From: Ignavibacteriota bacterium
Lineage (GTDB): Bacteria > Bacteroidota > Ignavibacteria > UBA10030 > UBA6906
Assembly: GCA_016218065.1 (NCBI GenBank)
Contig: JACRFA010000003.1
Span: forward strand, 10,090-74,089
Reading direction: 5' to 3'
Length of the DNA stretch: 64,000 nucleotides
Each line of letters begins with the position of its first letter. Position 1 is the stretch's first letter. Shown here piece by piece: positions 17,093 through 25,318 of this stretch. Position numbers and translations under genes: made by a program. Below the pieces are notes generated by a model. That model made no database searches. It was not told the DNA's origin and worked only from the letters and a program-made list of their open reading frames with translations.

Positions 17093-17136
17093 TACCTCAT
17101 CTGGACTATTGCCCGCCGAATAGCTCTCAGTATATT
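17093..17136 (+). promoter_or_regulatory. 7-2-7 box directly abutting a putative promoter (site s4), upstream of the cargo gene
   Basis: TACCTCA-TC-TGGACTA (17093-17108), then TTGCCC (17109-17114), a 16-nt spacer, then TATATT (17131-17136). The box ends 83 nt before the ATG at 17191. Confidence 0.55.
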
Positions 17137-17190
17137 TCTTCAGAACACACACCAATCTTTCTTCCATCCAACAAAAAAGGGGGAGCCTTT

Positions 17191-18462
17191 ATGCGACGTA
17201 TGATATTCTTTGCGCTGTCGATTTCTTTGATTTGCCAATTTGCTTGGGCGCAATGGCAACGCGTCACCAACGTGAACGCGGGTGCGACCGGCAGAGTTGC
17301 TTCTCACGGCAGCGCGGTGTTTCTCTACGGCTATGAAGGGGGATACAAACTCCATCGTTCCACGGATAATGGAACAACGTGGGTCGATATTTCTTCCAGT
17401 GCGACCGCGGCGTTTGTCGACATCTTCAGCTTCAACGGCATGTTGTACGCTTCTTATCTTAGCACCGTCTATACATCCACCGATCTCGGTCAAAGTTGGA
17501 CGCCGCTTTCGGGTGTTACTGTAACTGGCACCGGGGCGCTTCTCGGCTTTGCATCGGACGGAACGACGTTGTATGCATTCTCGAATCGCAAATCCGTTTT
17601 CAGATCCACGAACAACGGCGCGTCGTGGACGGAATTGCTCATCAATAGCACGGCAAACCTGCTCATTATTGATTTCGCTGCGCGCGGGAATCGCTACGCG
17701 GCAGTTGTTGCAAACGCAGGCGCTTATATCTCCGAAGACGCGGGCGCAACGTGGACACTCCGCAATCCGACAGTAGGTGCGGGCGGCATCTATGGTTTCA
17801 ACAATACTCTCTTCGGCCTCTCGTTTGGCGGCGGAGTGTTCACGATGCAAAACGGAAGTTCGAGTTGGATTGCTGCGAATAGCGGTGTGCCCAGCAACGG
17901 GTCGTTAGTCGTTCCGAGGGCGCCCGCGTCGCAGGGAAGCGCGATCTACTTGGGGTTTCAACAACTTGTTTCGAATTACGGCAGCGTTGTGAGATCAACC
18001 GACGGCGGCGCCTCGTGGACAGAGCTTGACACGGCCGGACTTCCTACGTCGGTTATTCCCGGAGTAGGGGGTACGCGCTATGTTGCAGCCACACCCACAC
18101 ACGTTTACTATTTCTACTACGGTGGTGCAACTCAAGTTGGCGTGTACAGGACGGCCGGTTTGCCGAGCGCAGTGCGCGAGGTTGCATCGGAAATTCCCAA
18201 TGGGTTTTCACTCGAACAGAATTATCCGAATCCGTTTAATCCGTCCACGCGCATCGCTTTCGCGGTTCAGGTTTCAGGGTTCACGTCCCTCAGGGTGTAC
18301 GATGTGTTGGGAAAGGAAGTGGCAACGTTGGTGAATGAGAACTTGAACGCGGGAAGTTACGAGACGACGTTTGATGCGTCCGGTTTGGCAAGCGGTGTGT
18401 ACTTCTATCGTCTGGAGGCTGGAGCGTTTTCACTGACCAAGCGGTTGATGTTGTTGCGTTGA
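17191..18462 (+). CDS. T9SS cargo, Asp-box/BNR-like beta-propeller (~420 aa)
   Basis: GGGGGAG Shine-Dalgarno site and a signal peptide ending AWAQ. Asp-box motifs STDNGTTW, STDLGQSW, STNNGASW, SEDAGATW, STDGGASW. CTD is NYPNPFNPSTRIAF...YRLEAGAFSLTKRLMLLR. Confidence 0.85.
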   Translation: MRRMIFFALSISLICQFAWAQWQRVTNVNAGATGRVASHGSAVFLYGYEGGYKLHRSTDNGTTWVDISSSATAAFVDIFSFNGMLYASYLSTVYTSTDLGQSWTPLSGVTVTGTGALLGFASDGTTLYAFSNRKSVFRSTNNGASWTELLINSTANLLIIDFAARGNRYAAVVANAGAYISEDAGATWTLRNPTVGAGGIYGFNNTLFGLSFGGGVFTMQNGSSSWIAANSGVPSNGSLVVPRAPASQGSAIYLGFQQLVSNYGSVVRSTDGGASWTELDTAGLPTSVIPGVGGTRYVAATPTHVYYFYYGGATQVGVYRTAGLPSAVREVASEIPNGFSLEQNYPNPFNPSTRIAFAVQVSGFTSLRVYDVLGKEVATLVNENLNAGSYETTFDASGLASGVYFYRLEAGAFSLTKRLMLLR

Positions 18463-18496
18463 CCGGGCGAAGGTCGGCAGTAGACTTGATTGCCTG

Positions 18497-18559
18497 AATC
18501 CCGTCTCGATGTTCCGAAGGAACTCCCTTTGAGAAAGTTGAGACGGGATTTTTGTTTTT
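18497..18559 (+). terminator. Rho-independent terminator candidate
   Basis: Stem GAATCCCGTCTC (18497-18508) pairs with GAGACGGGATT (18540-18550), followed by TTTTGTTTTT. The loop is long and contains an inner hairpin, GTTCC-gaa-GGAAC. Confidence 0.6.
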
Positions 18560-18626
18560 GCTGGTTCTTCACGCTAAGTACTTCTACGTTTCCTGCGTCC
18601 TCTCTACGCGAAATGTGAAAAACCGC

Positions 18627-18655
18627 TTGACAAATCAATTCCAACAGACTATATT
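18627..18655 (+). promoter_or_regulatory. Sigma70-type promoter of the TrmB-family gene
   Basis: TTGACA (18627-18632), a 17-nt spacer, then TATATT (18650-18655). Confidence 0.6.
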
Positions 18656-18697
18656 GTATCCCCATATATGGGATACAGCCCCTTCTTAAGGGATACA
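18655..18697. promoter_or_regulatory. Candidate operator: inverted repeat TGTATCCC / GGGATACA plus a third GGGATACA half-site
   Basis: TGTATCCC (18655-18662) and GGGATACA (18670-18677) overlap the -10 and start region. Another GGGATACA lies at 18690-18697, 20 bp further downstream. Confidence 0.5.
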
Positions 18698-18716
18698 AGA
18701 CAAAAAAGAGCCAAAT

Positions 18717-19550
18717 TTGAACGAACTGTCTGACAAACTCCAGGAACTCGGCCTGTCTGGAAGGGAAGCAGAGATATACATCGCTTTGCTGAAGAAGAAG
18801 GAAATGACCGCGCCCGACATAGCAAGAATCACTTCGGTGACCCGAACGAAGTCTTATGAAATACTGCAGAACCTCGTGAAGAAGAGAGTCTGCAACGAAA
18901 AATATCAGAACGGAAGCAAAGTATTCAGCAGCGTCGAACCCACAATTGCAATCCAGAATTTGCTGGCGGTATATGAAGAGGAGCTTACAAAGAAGAAAGT
19001 TCTGGCTGAGCAGGTCAGGGAAGCTTTGGCTGAGTTGCATAGAACAAAAGAACATAAGAACGAACCTCTAGACTACATAGAGGTGCTCAGCGATGTGAAG
19101 CAGATAGGCGAGAGGTGGATGAACATTCTCAAGAACACCAGGAGGGAGTTACTTGCTTTTACAAAACCCCCTTATGCCACGTCCTGGGAGGACAATCTCG
19201 AAGCGCTTGCGGCTTTGTTGAAAGGTAATACCATTGTCAGCAAATGTATCTACGAGTACAAGGGCCTTTCACCTGAACAACTAAAAGTCTTTACGGCGTC
19301 ACTTGAGGCATTCCAGGGCGCGGGTGAAGAAGTAAGAGCAACTGAAGAACTCCCATTGAAAGTGGTCATCAGCGATGAAACAACTACCATGCTGGCATTG
19401 AGCGATCGAATCTCTTTGCGGCCAAGCATTACAACTATGATTATTGATCATCCGAGTTTCGCAAAAGCGCAGAAGAAAATGTTCGAAAGTTACTGGGCCA
19501 ACGCACTTACTCTGGAAGAGTTCAAGAACATGGTCGCTAACCTGCAATAG
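18717..19550 (+). CDS. TrmB-family transcriptional regulator (N-terminal wHTH with a C-terminal effector-like domain)
   Basis: TTG start. N-terminus LQELGLSGREAEIYIALLKKKEMTAPDIARITSVTRTKSYEILQNLVKKRV matches the TrmB-type HTH as I recall it. The gene looks more A/T-rich than its neighbours. Confidence 0.75.
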   Translation: MNELSDKLQELGLSGREAEIYIALLKKKEMTAPDIARITSVTRTKSYEILQNLVKKRVCNEKYQNGSKVFSSVEPTIAIQNLLAVYEEELTKKKVLAEQVREALAELHRTKEHKNEPLDYIEVLSDVKQIGERWMNILKNTRRELLAFTKPPYATSWEDNLEALAALLKGNTIVSKCIYEYKGLSPEQLKVFTASLEAFQGAGEEVRATEELPLKVVISDETTTMLALSDRISLRPSITTMIIDHPSFAKAQKKMFESYWANALTLEEFKNMVANLQ

Positions 19551-19647
19551 TATTCGCATCGGGGCCTGTATATCATTCGACGGCGACGATATTTTCCATC
19601 GATCATTCAAACAGAGAACACAAACCGCGTACACCTAAGGAGGAGTT

Positions 19648-22600
19648 ATGAAGCGTCAGTTCACTCTAGTCACTATTCTGTTTCTAAGCATACTGTTTGC
19701 ATGCACCGCGATTGCACAACTCAGTGGCATAAAGACCATTGGCGGTGCGGCGCCCGATTATGCTTCAATCAAGGCGGCGCTGCTCGCATTGAAAGCCCAA
19801 GGAGTCACATCGCCCGGTGTCACGTTCGCGATTCGCACCGGTACATACGCGGAAGACTCGCTGATTGTGCGGACATCCACCGCGACCGCCGGATCTCCCA
19901 TTGTGTTCAAGCCGGATGTCGGAGCAACTGTGGTCATCAACGTTACTCCACCCTCAACGTCATTTAACTTTGCAATCAAAATTGACTCGACGAAGTATGT
20001 GACATTTCAAGGAAGCAATAACAACACGACCAGCCGTGATATGACCATCAACGCACTCGGCGCCAATGGCCGACAGGGTGTATGGTTCTTTGGAAACTGC
20101 AGCTACGGTTCTATCAAGAACTGCATCGTTACTGCACAAAGGGACGCGGCGTCGCCGTCTATTTCCTCGTATTGCATCAACTTTGAATCCTCCACGACGG
20201 GGAGCGGCAACGATGCCGACTTTGCGCTCATTGAAAACAACCTTACTCGTTACGCGTATTATGGGATCCGTTGCGTTGGAGTGAGAACCGGTGATTGCAT
20301 GGAGTCGCCGATCATACGAAACAATGTTGTTGATTCGGTTACCAATACCGGCATATATACCACCTCCACCAACTACGCGCTGATTCACGGGAACGATATC
20401 AACACGAAACGTGGCAGCGCAACAGGGCAATGGGGCATCCTCGTTAGCGGTGGCACGTTTAAGACGCGCGTCTACAATAATCGCGTGCACGATATGAACC
20501 AATTGGGCGCGTTCTTCACGTATGGCATCTATATCAATAGTGCTTCGGATCTTGGCCAGCAGAGCGTGTTTAACAACTTTGTGTGGAATCTGAACGTGCC
20601 AGCGTCCGGAGGCGGCACAATTTACGGAATCTACAGCGGCGCGACAAACCAGGCGATTCCCGATACATTCGCGTTTAACACCGTGTACCTTTCCGGTGGT
20701 GGTGCAGGATCAAAGACTTCGTACGCGTTTGGGAAAGCTTCGTCGGGCGCGCCAGTTGTTGCGTACAACAACATCTTCCAGAATTCCCGGAGCGATAGCG
20801 GCGGCATCTCGGCTGCAATCTACAAGAGCACTGCAGCAGCAGTCTTACTATCGAACAACAACAATCTGTATGTAGCTTCAACTTCAGCGGCAGATACGAC
20901 GCACGTTGTCGGTGCCATCGGCACGGTAAAATATCAGAAGATTCAAGATTGGCGCGCAGGAAATGGCAGCGACGTTCAGAGTTTCGATGAGAACACGCCG
21001 TTTCTCAGCGCGACCGACTTGCACATCCAAACAGGCGTTCCTACGCTGATCGAATCAGGGGCAATTCCGTTTGGAAACATCTCAATCGATATCGATGGGA
21101 ATGCAAGGCAGGTCAACTTCCCCGATGTGGGAGCTGATGAAGGCGGGTTCTCATTACTTGATCAGTCAGCTCCAACAATCGCTCACACTTTTCTTGGCGG
21201 TACTGCCTTTACTGGGAACCGAGTTGCTGTGGCGACGATTGCGGATCCGTCAGGGATTGCAACGGGGGCGGGTAGCCCGAGGTTGTGGCATAAGCGCTCA
21301 ACCGATGTATCCTTCACATCAATTGTTGCTGATTCGGTTCGTGGAAGCGCTTATTACTTTACCATCCCCGGACATCCCACGGGTACAACAGTTCAGTATT
21401 ATCTCGCAGCACAGGACGCATCTACCAACAACAATTTCGGTACGTTACCCGTTGGTGGATCTGGAATCAATCCACCTGGTTCAACACCGCCTGCGATTCC
21501 CATCAGTTACGTTGTGCAGGCACCTCTTGCATCTGGCACGTACACCATAGGTTCCGGTGGCAACTTCCCGACCTTGGACTCAGCGTTCAACAAGCTGCGC
21601 TTCGACGGTGTGGCAGGCACCGTGACATTCAACCTTATTGATTCATTGTATCTTGCACCGGGAAAACCGCTCCAGAACTTGCGGCTTGCTCAATCGAAGT
21701 TCACAACCGTCAACGGCGTTCGAGAAGATCTTGCCTTGCCGAGCGCCTATGAATACGATGCGCCCGATACTGTCGGCGCGCTCTCGCTACAGGGACCAAT
21801 TGTCGGAGCAAGCGCAACAAGTCGCGTCACGTTCCGGCCCGCTCCCGGCGTGAACGCGCGGCTCGTCGGAAATGGTGCATGGGTCGCACGCATGTTGGAT
21901 GCCAGCTATGTAACGTGGGACGGCATCAATGCAGGCGGGACGAGCCTTCGCGTCAATGCCACTGCGGGATATGGCATCGTCCTGGAAGGCAATTCCGATT
22001 TCTGTACCGTACAGAACATCTCCTTTGCGACACCGAGCTTTACTTCGATAGTTCTTCAAACCAGAACCGCGGATGCGCCGGACAGTATCATGATCAGGAA
22101 AAACACGGTGGGGGGATATTCGTTCAACGGCGTGTTTATGTCGGATTTGTTCCCCGGAGCAACCGGAATCTCACGGAACATTCGAGTGACGGACAATGAT
22201 TTTGGAACTGCCACTGACAGTATCGCGCAGGCCGGCATCATCTTCCAGTTTGTCAATGGACTGGTCATTGACAACAATCGTATCAGAAATGTTTACAAAA
22301 GTACCCTTGCGGGAAATACGCAAGGGATCGTTGGGCAGTTCCAATACTTCAACGCCAAGATCTACAGAAATATTATACGAGATATTAGCCGGCGATCGGG
22401 TTCAACTGCCTCATCGGTGTACGGCATCAACCTTTTTGGAGCGACACCTGATACGACAAACGTCGATATCTACAACAACATGATTTATGGTCTTGACAAT
22501 CAGTCGACAAGCACGAGCGGAATTGTCGGTGGTATTCAGGTGTCGACCGGAATCAATGATACTATCGCATACAACACGGTCTATCTTACCGGTAACGACG

Positions 22601-23385
22601 CGGCAGCAATTGTCACATCAGCGTTGAGGATAGGAAATCCAACCGCGGGGGCCCGCCAGGTGTGGCGTAACAACATTGCCATCAACGCTCGCATCACAAC
22701 AGGAACCGGGCGGGCAATTGCGTTTTACGTCGGCACAACAACCGGACAGTATTCGTCGAACTACAACGACTTGTACGTTCCAACGCGAACAGGGAGCCAT
22801 ATTGCTTCGGTGTTCTTCACCAACTACACGACGCTTGCTGCATGGCAAGCAACGGGCCCCGATGTCCAAAGCGTGAGCGTGATGGCAAATTTCCGTACTC
22901 CGGATTTGCACATCGACTCGACGATTGCTTCCCCCATAAACGCAGGAGCCACGCCTATCGCAGGTATCACGTCAGACTTCGATGGACAAACGCGTAGCGC
23001 AACAACACCGGACATCGGAGCGGATGAGATTGGTCCGATTACCGATGTGAACGATCAGACGCTGCTGCAAGCCCCGACTACGTATGCTTTGTATCAGAAC
23101 TATCCGAACCCGTTCAATCCGAGCACGACGATAAGATTCCAGATACCAGAGATCAGAGGTCAGACATCAGAGGTCGGTCGCGTGACGTTGAAGGTATACG
23201 ATGTGTTGGGAAAGGAAGTGGCAACTTTAGTGAATGAGAATCTGCCCGCGGGAACTTATGAGACAACGTTTGATGTGCGCCAAACAAACGGCGGGCAGGC
23301 GAACGGTTTGGCGAGCGGCGTATATTTCTACAGACTCACCGCCGGGGGGGTCTCAGATTCCAAACGATTATTGCTCCTGAAGTAG
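19648..23385 (+). CDS. T9SS cargo, very large right-handed parallel beta-helix repeat protein
   Basis: TAAGGAGGAG Shine-Dalgarno site and a signal peptide. Many N-rich turn motifs (NN.V.D, I..N.I) typical of PbH1 repeats. CTD is NYPNPFNPSTTIRFQIPEIRGQTSEVGRVTLKVYDVLGKEV. Confidence 0.85.
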   Translation: MKRQFTLVTILFLSILFACTAIAQLSGIKTIGGAAPDYASIKAALLALKAQGVTSPGVTFAIRTGTYAEDSLIVRTSTATAGSPIVFKPDVGATVVINVTPPSTSFNFAIKIDSTKYVTFQGSNNNTTSRDMTINALGANGRQGVWFFGNCSYGSIKNCIVTAQRDAASPSISSYCINFESSTTGSGNDADFALIENNLTRYAYYGIRCVGVRTGDCMESPIIRNNVVDSVTNTGIYTTSTNYALIHGNDINTKRGSATGQWGILVSGGTFKTRVYNNRVHDMNQLGAFFTYGIYINSASDLGQQSVFNNFVWNLNVPASGGGTIYGIYSGATNQAIPDTFAFNTVYLSGGGAGSKTSYAFGKASSGAPVVAYNNIFQNSRSDSGGISAAIYKSTAAAVLLSNNNNLYVASTSAADTTHVVGAIGTVKYQKIQDWRAGNGSDVQSFDENTPFLSATDLHIQTGVPTLIESGAIPFGNISIDIDGNARQVNFPDVGADEGGFSLLDQSAPTIAHTFLGGTAFTGNRVAVATIADPSGIATGAGSPRLWHKRSTDVSFTSIVADSVRGSAYYFTIPGHPTGTTVQYYLAAQDASTNNNFGTLPVGGSGINPPGSTPPAIPISYVVQAPLASGTYTIGSGGNFPTLDSAFNKLRFDGVAGTVTFNLIDSLYLAPGKPLQNLRLAQSKFTTVNGVREDLALPSAYEYDAPDTVGALSLQGPIVGASATSRVTFRPAPGVNARLVGNGAWVARMLDASYVTWDGINAGGTSLRVNATAGYGIVLEGNSDFCTVQNISFATPSFTSIVLQTRTADAPDSIMIRKNTVGGYSFNGVFMSDLFPGATGISRNIRVTDNDFGTATDSIAQAGIIFQFVNGLVIDNNRIRNVYKSTLAGNTQGIVGQFQYFNAKIYRNIIRDISRRSGSTASSVYGINLFGATPDTTNVDIYNNMIYGLDNQSTSTSGIVGGIQVSTGINDTIAYNTVYLTGNDAAAIVTSALRIGNPTAGARQVWRNNIAINARITTGTGRAIAFYVGTTTGQYSSNYNDLYVPTRTGSHIASVFFTNYTTLAAWQATGPDVQSVSVMANFRTPDLHIDSTIASPINAGATPIAGITSDFDGQTRSATTPDIGADEIGPITDVNDQTLLQAPTTYALYQNYPNPFNPSTTIRFQIPEIRGQTSEVGRVTLKVYDVLGKEVATLVNENLPAGTYETTFDVRQTNGGQANGLASGVYFYRLTAGGVSDSKRLLLLK

Positions 23386-23408
23386 ATTCGAGCGCGATTC
23401 CGGAGTAG

Positions 23409-23443
23409 AAGTCCCAAACCGAAAGGCTAGGGACTTTTTTTTT
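23409..23443 (+). terminator. Rho-independent terminator
   Basis: AAGTCCC (23409-23415), a 14-nt loop, GGGACTT (23430-23436), then a T-run extending to 23443. Confidence 0.7.
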
Positions 23444-23555
23444 ATCCCTTCCTTTTCCGTGTTCACAAAATTTTCGTTTCACAAACTCATTGAGCTTTTC
23501 TCCGCGCAAACGTACATTGTTAGTGCAATTCACTCAATTTTGTTCGGGGGAAACG

Positions 23556-25043
23556 ATGATATCATTTCTACGAGGTTTCAGTCTTTGCAAGACTTTGTTC
23601 TTGCTCTTGCTTTCCATGTCGCAAGCAGCAGCATGGCAGTTGAACTTTCCACAGGACACGGTCGCCTACAACGACAAGTTCAACAACAGACAAAGCATGG
23701 CGTTCGACTCAAAAGGAAAGGTTCATATCGCGTACAACGGACAGACAGGAACCGCTGCGGCTACTTCGGAGATCTATTATGTTGCCGAGAGCGGAGACTC
23801 GGTGTTGACGATTCAGGTAACAAACAACGCCGTTGACGATCACTACCCTACCATTTGTGTGGATCGGAGCGACAATGTCCACATTGTGTATGAAGTACGC
23901 GATGCTTCGAACTTGTTCCAGGTAGTGTACACACGTCTGCTCAACGGCGCATTCACCGCGCCGGTGTTTATCACACAAGGCGGGGTTAACAAAGCCACTC
24001 CCTATGGCGCAATCGGTCCCGACAGCGTGATGCACGTTGTCTATCATACTTATCCGCCCACCGGAACACAGTATGCGTACTACCGAAAATATGACTTGAG
24101 GGACTCCGCTCTTTCCGGGGAGCAACAGCTTACGGAGGCAGGAATAACGGGCGACTTCGATTCGGCGATTGCAACCGACACAGCCGGATATGTTCATATT
24201 GTCGCGAAGTCCGGTTCTGCGTTCGGCGGTCTGTTGAAGTACTTCACCAATCGCTCGGGCGCTCTCGTCGAGGTACCGACCGGCGTGACGGGCAACGTTG
24301 ACTATCCGAGAGTTCTGGTTGACAAGCGCAACGTCGTTCATATTCTCTATCGAAGCACCAGCGCGTTGCGGCTGTACACCGTCAACAATGCGACGGGCGT
24401 ATTCGGTACACCAATGCCGCTCACTCCAACCGGACAGCGCCCTGCAGGATACCACAATTTCGCGGTAGATGATGAGAGCCGATTGTATTTCGTGTATCAA
24501 TCGAGTTCGTCTTCGTCGGGAAAAGGATGGTATCTCGTGCATGGGAAGGCTGGCAGCTTCTCGGACACCACACTGGTGTCCGATCTTCCGCCGGGCTACG
24601 TCACACGGAACACTTCGGCAATTGCGGCGCGCGGCAGAGGCGAAATCGCTGTCACGTATTCCCCCGGTATTGTGCGGAGCGGTACTGCAATGTGCGACAT
24701 CTTCATGAAGCGCGGCGTGTTGTCAACAACAAACGTCTCGGGTGCGACGGGTCTTCCCTCGGCATTCGTGCTGCATCAGAACTATCCGAACCCGTTCAAT
24801 CCAAGTACAAGAATCAAATTCCGGATAGGAGATGTCGGAGGTCAGAGGTCGGAAGTCAGTCGCGTGATGTTGAAGGTGTACGATGTATTGGGACGCGAAG
24901 TCGCGACGCTGGTGGATGAGAATTTGAGCGCTGGAAAATATGAAGCCACGTTCGATGCGAAAGGTCTTGCGAGCGGCTTGTATTTCTACCGCCTCCAATC
25001 CGGCAGCTTTGTGGAAACGAAGAAGCTGATGGTGTTGCGATAG
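23556..25043 (+). CDS. T9SS cargo, ~7 repeats with VHIVY-type strands (propeller-like)
   Basis: The ATG at 23556 gives MISFLRGFSLCKTLFLLLLSMSQAAAW. Recurrent strands VHIAYNG, VHIVYEV, MHVVYHT, VHIVAKS, VHILYRS, LYFVYQS, IAVTYSP. T9SS CTD present. Confidence 0.8.
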   Translation: MISFLRGFSLCKTLFLLLLSMSQAAAWQLNFPQDTVAYNDKFNNRQSMAFDSKGKVHIAYNGQTGTAAATSEIYYVAESGDSVLTIQVTNNAVDDHYPTICVDRSDNVHIVYEVRDASNLFQVVYTRLLNGAFTAPVFITQGGVNKATPYGAIGPDSVMHVVYHTYPPTGTQYAYYRKYDLRDSALSGEQQLTEAGITGDFDSAIATDTAGYVHIVAKSGSAFGGLLKYFTNRSGALVEVPTGVTGNVDYPRVLVDKRNVVHILYRSTSALRLYTVNNATGVFGTPMPLTPTGQRPAGYHNFAVDDESRLYFVYQSSSSSSGKGWYLVHGKAGSFSDTTLVSDLPPGYVTRNTSAIAARGRGEIAVTYSPGIVRSGTAMCDIFMKRGVLSTTNVSGATGLPSAFVLHQNYPNPFNPSTRIKFRIGDVGGQRSEVSRVMLKVYDVLGREVATLVDENLSAGKYEATFDAKGLASGLYFYRLQSGSFVETKKLMVLR

Positions 25044-25318
25044 TCTTGGTGCGCGCGATTTCTTTCTCATGAAGTGACCTCACAAGTTCGATCCTCAATC
25101 AGGGTGAGTCAAGAAAGACTCTCCCCCTTTTTGTTGTTGTATTGCCTCCCTCGGGCCACCACGGCAGGGAATAGTTGAACGAGCGCAAGAAGACGTTGAT
25201 CCGCCTTCAACGCTTTCAAAGGGATCCAGTTGCATTTCTAACGACTTAACAACTAATTGTGTAAGACTATTCCTCTCTTTAGCACTCTCATCAGAGACGC
25301 GAAACGAAAACCTCATTC

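Noticed and set aside
18405-19055. 216-aa minus-strand ORF overlapping the TrmB-family gene and its promoter
   Set aside because: It has no motifs and odd composition. It is antisense to a gene with a clear HTH and a near-consensus promoter.
25130-25150. Half-site TGTTGTATTG upstream of kinase 2, as a fifth 7-2-7 box
   Set aside because: There is no TACCYC left heptamer and no plausible -10 at the conserved 16-nt spacing.
25095-25316. 73-aa minus-strand ORF in the intergenic region upstream of kinase 2
   Set aside because: It has no Shine-Dalgarno site, no recognisable features and low-complexity sequence, so it is probably non-coding.
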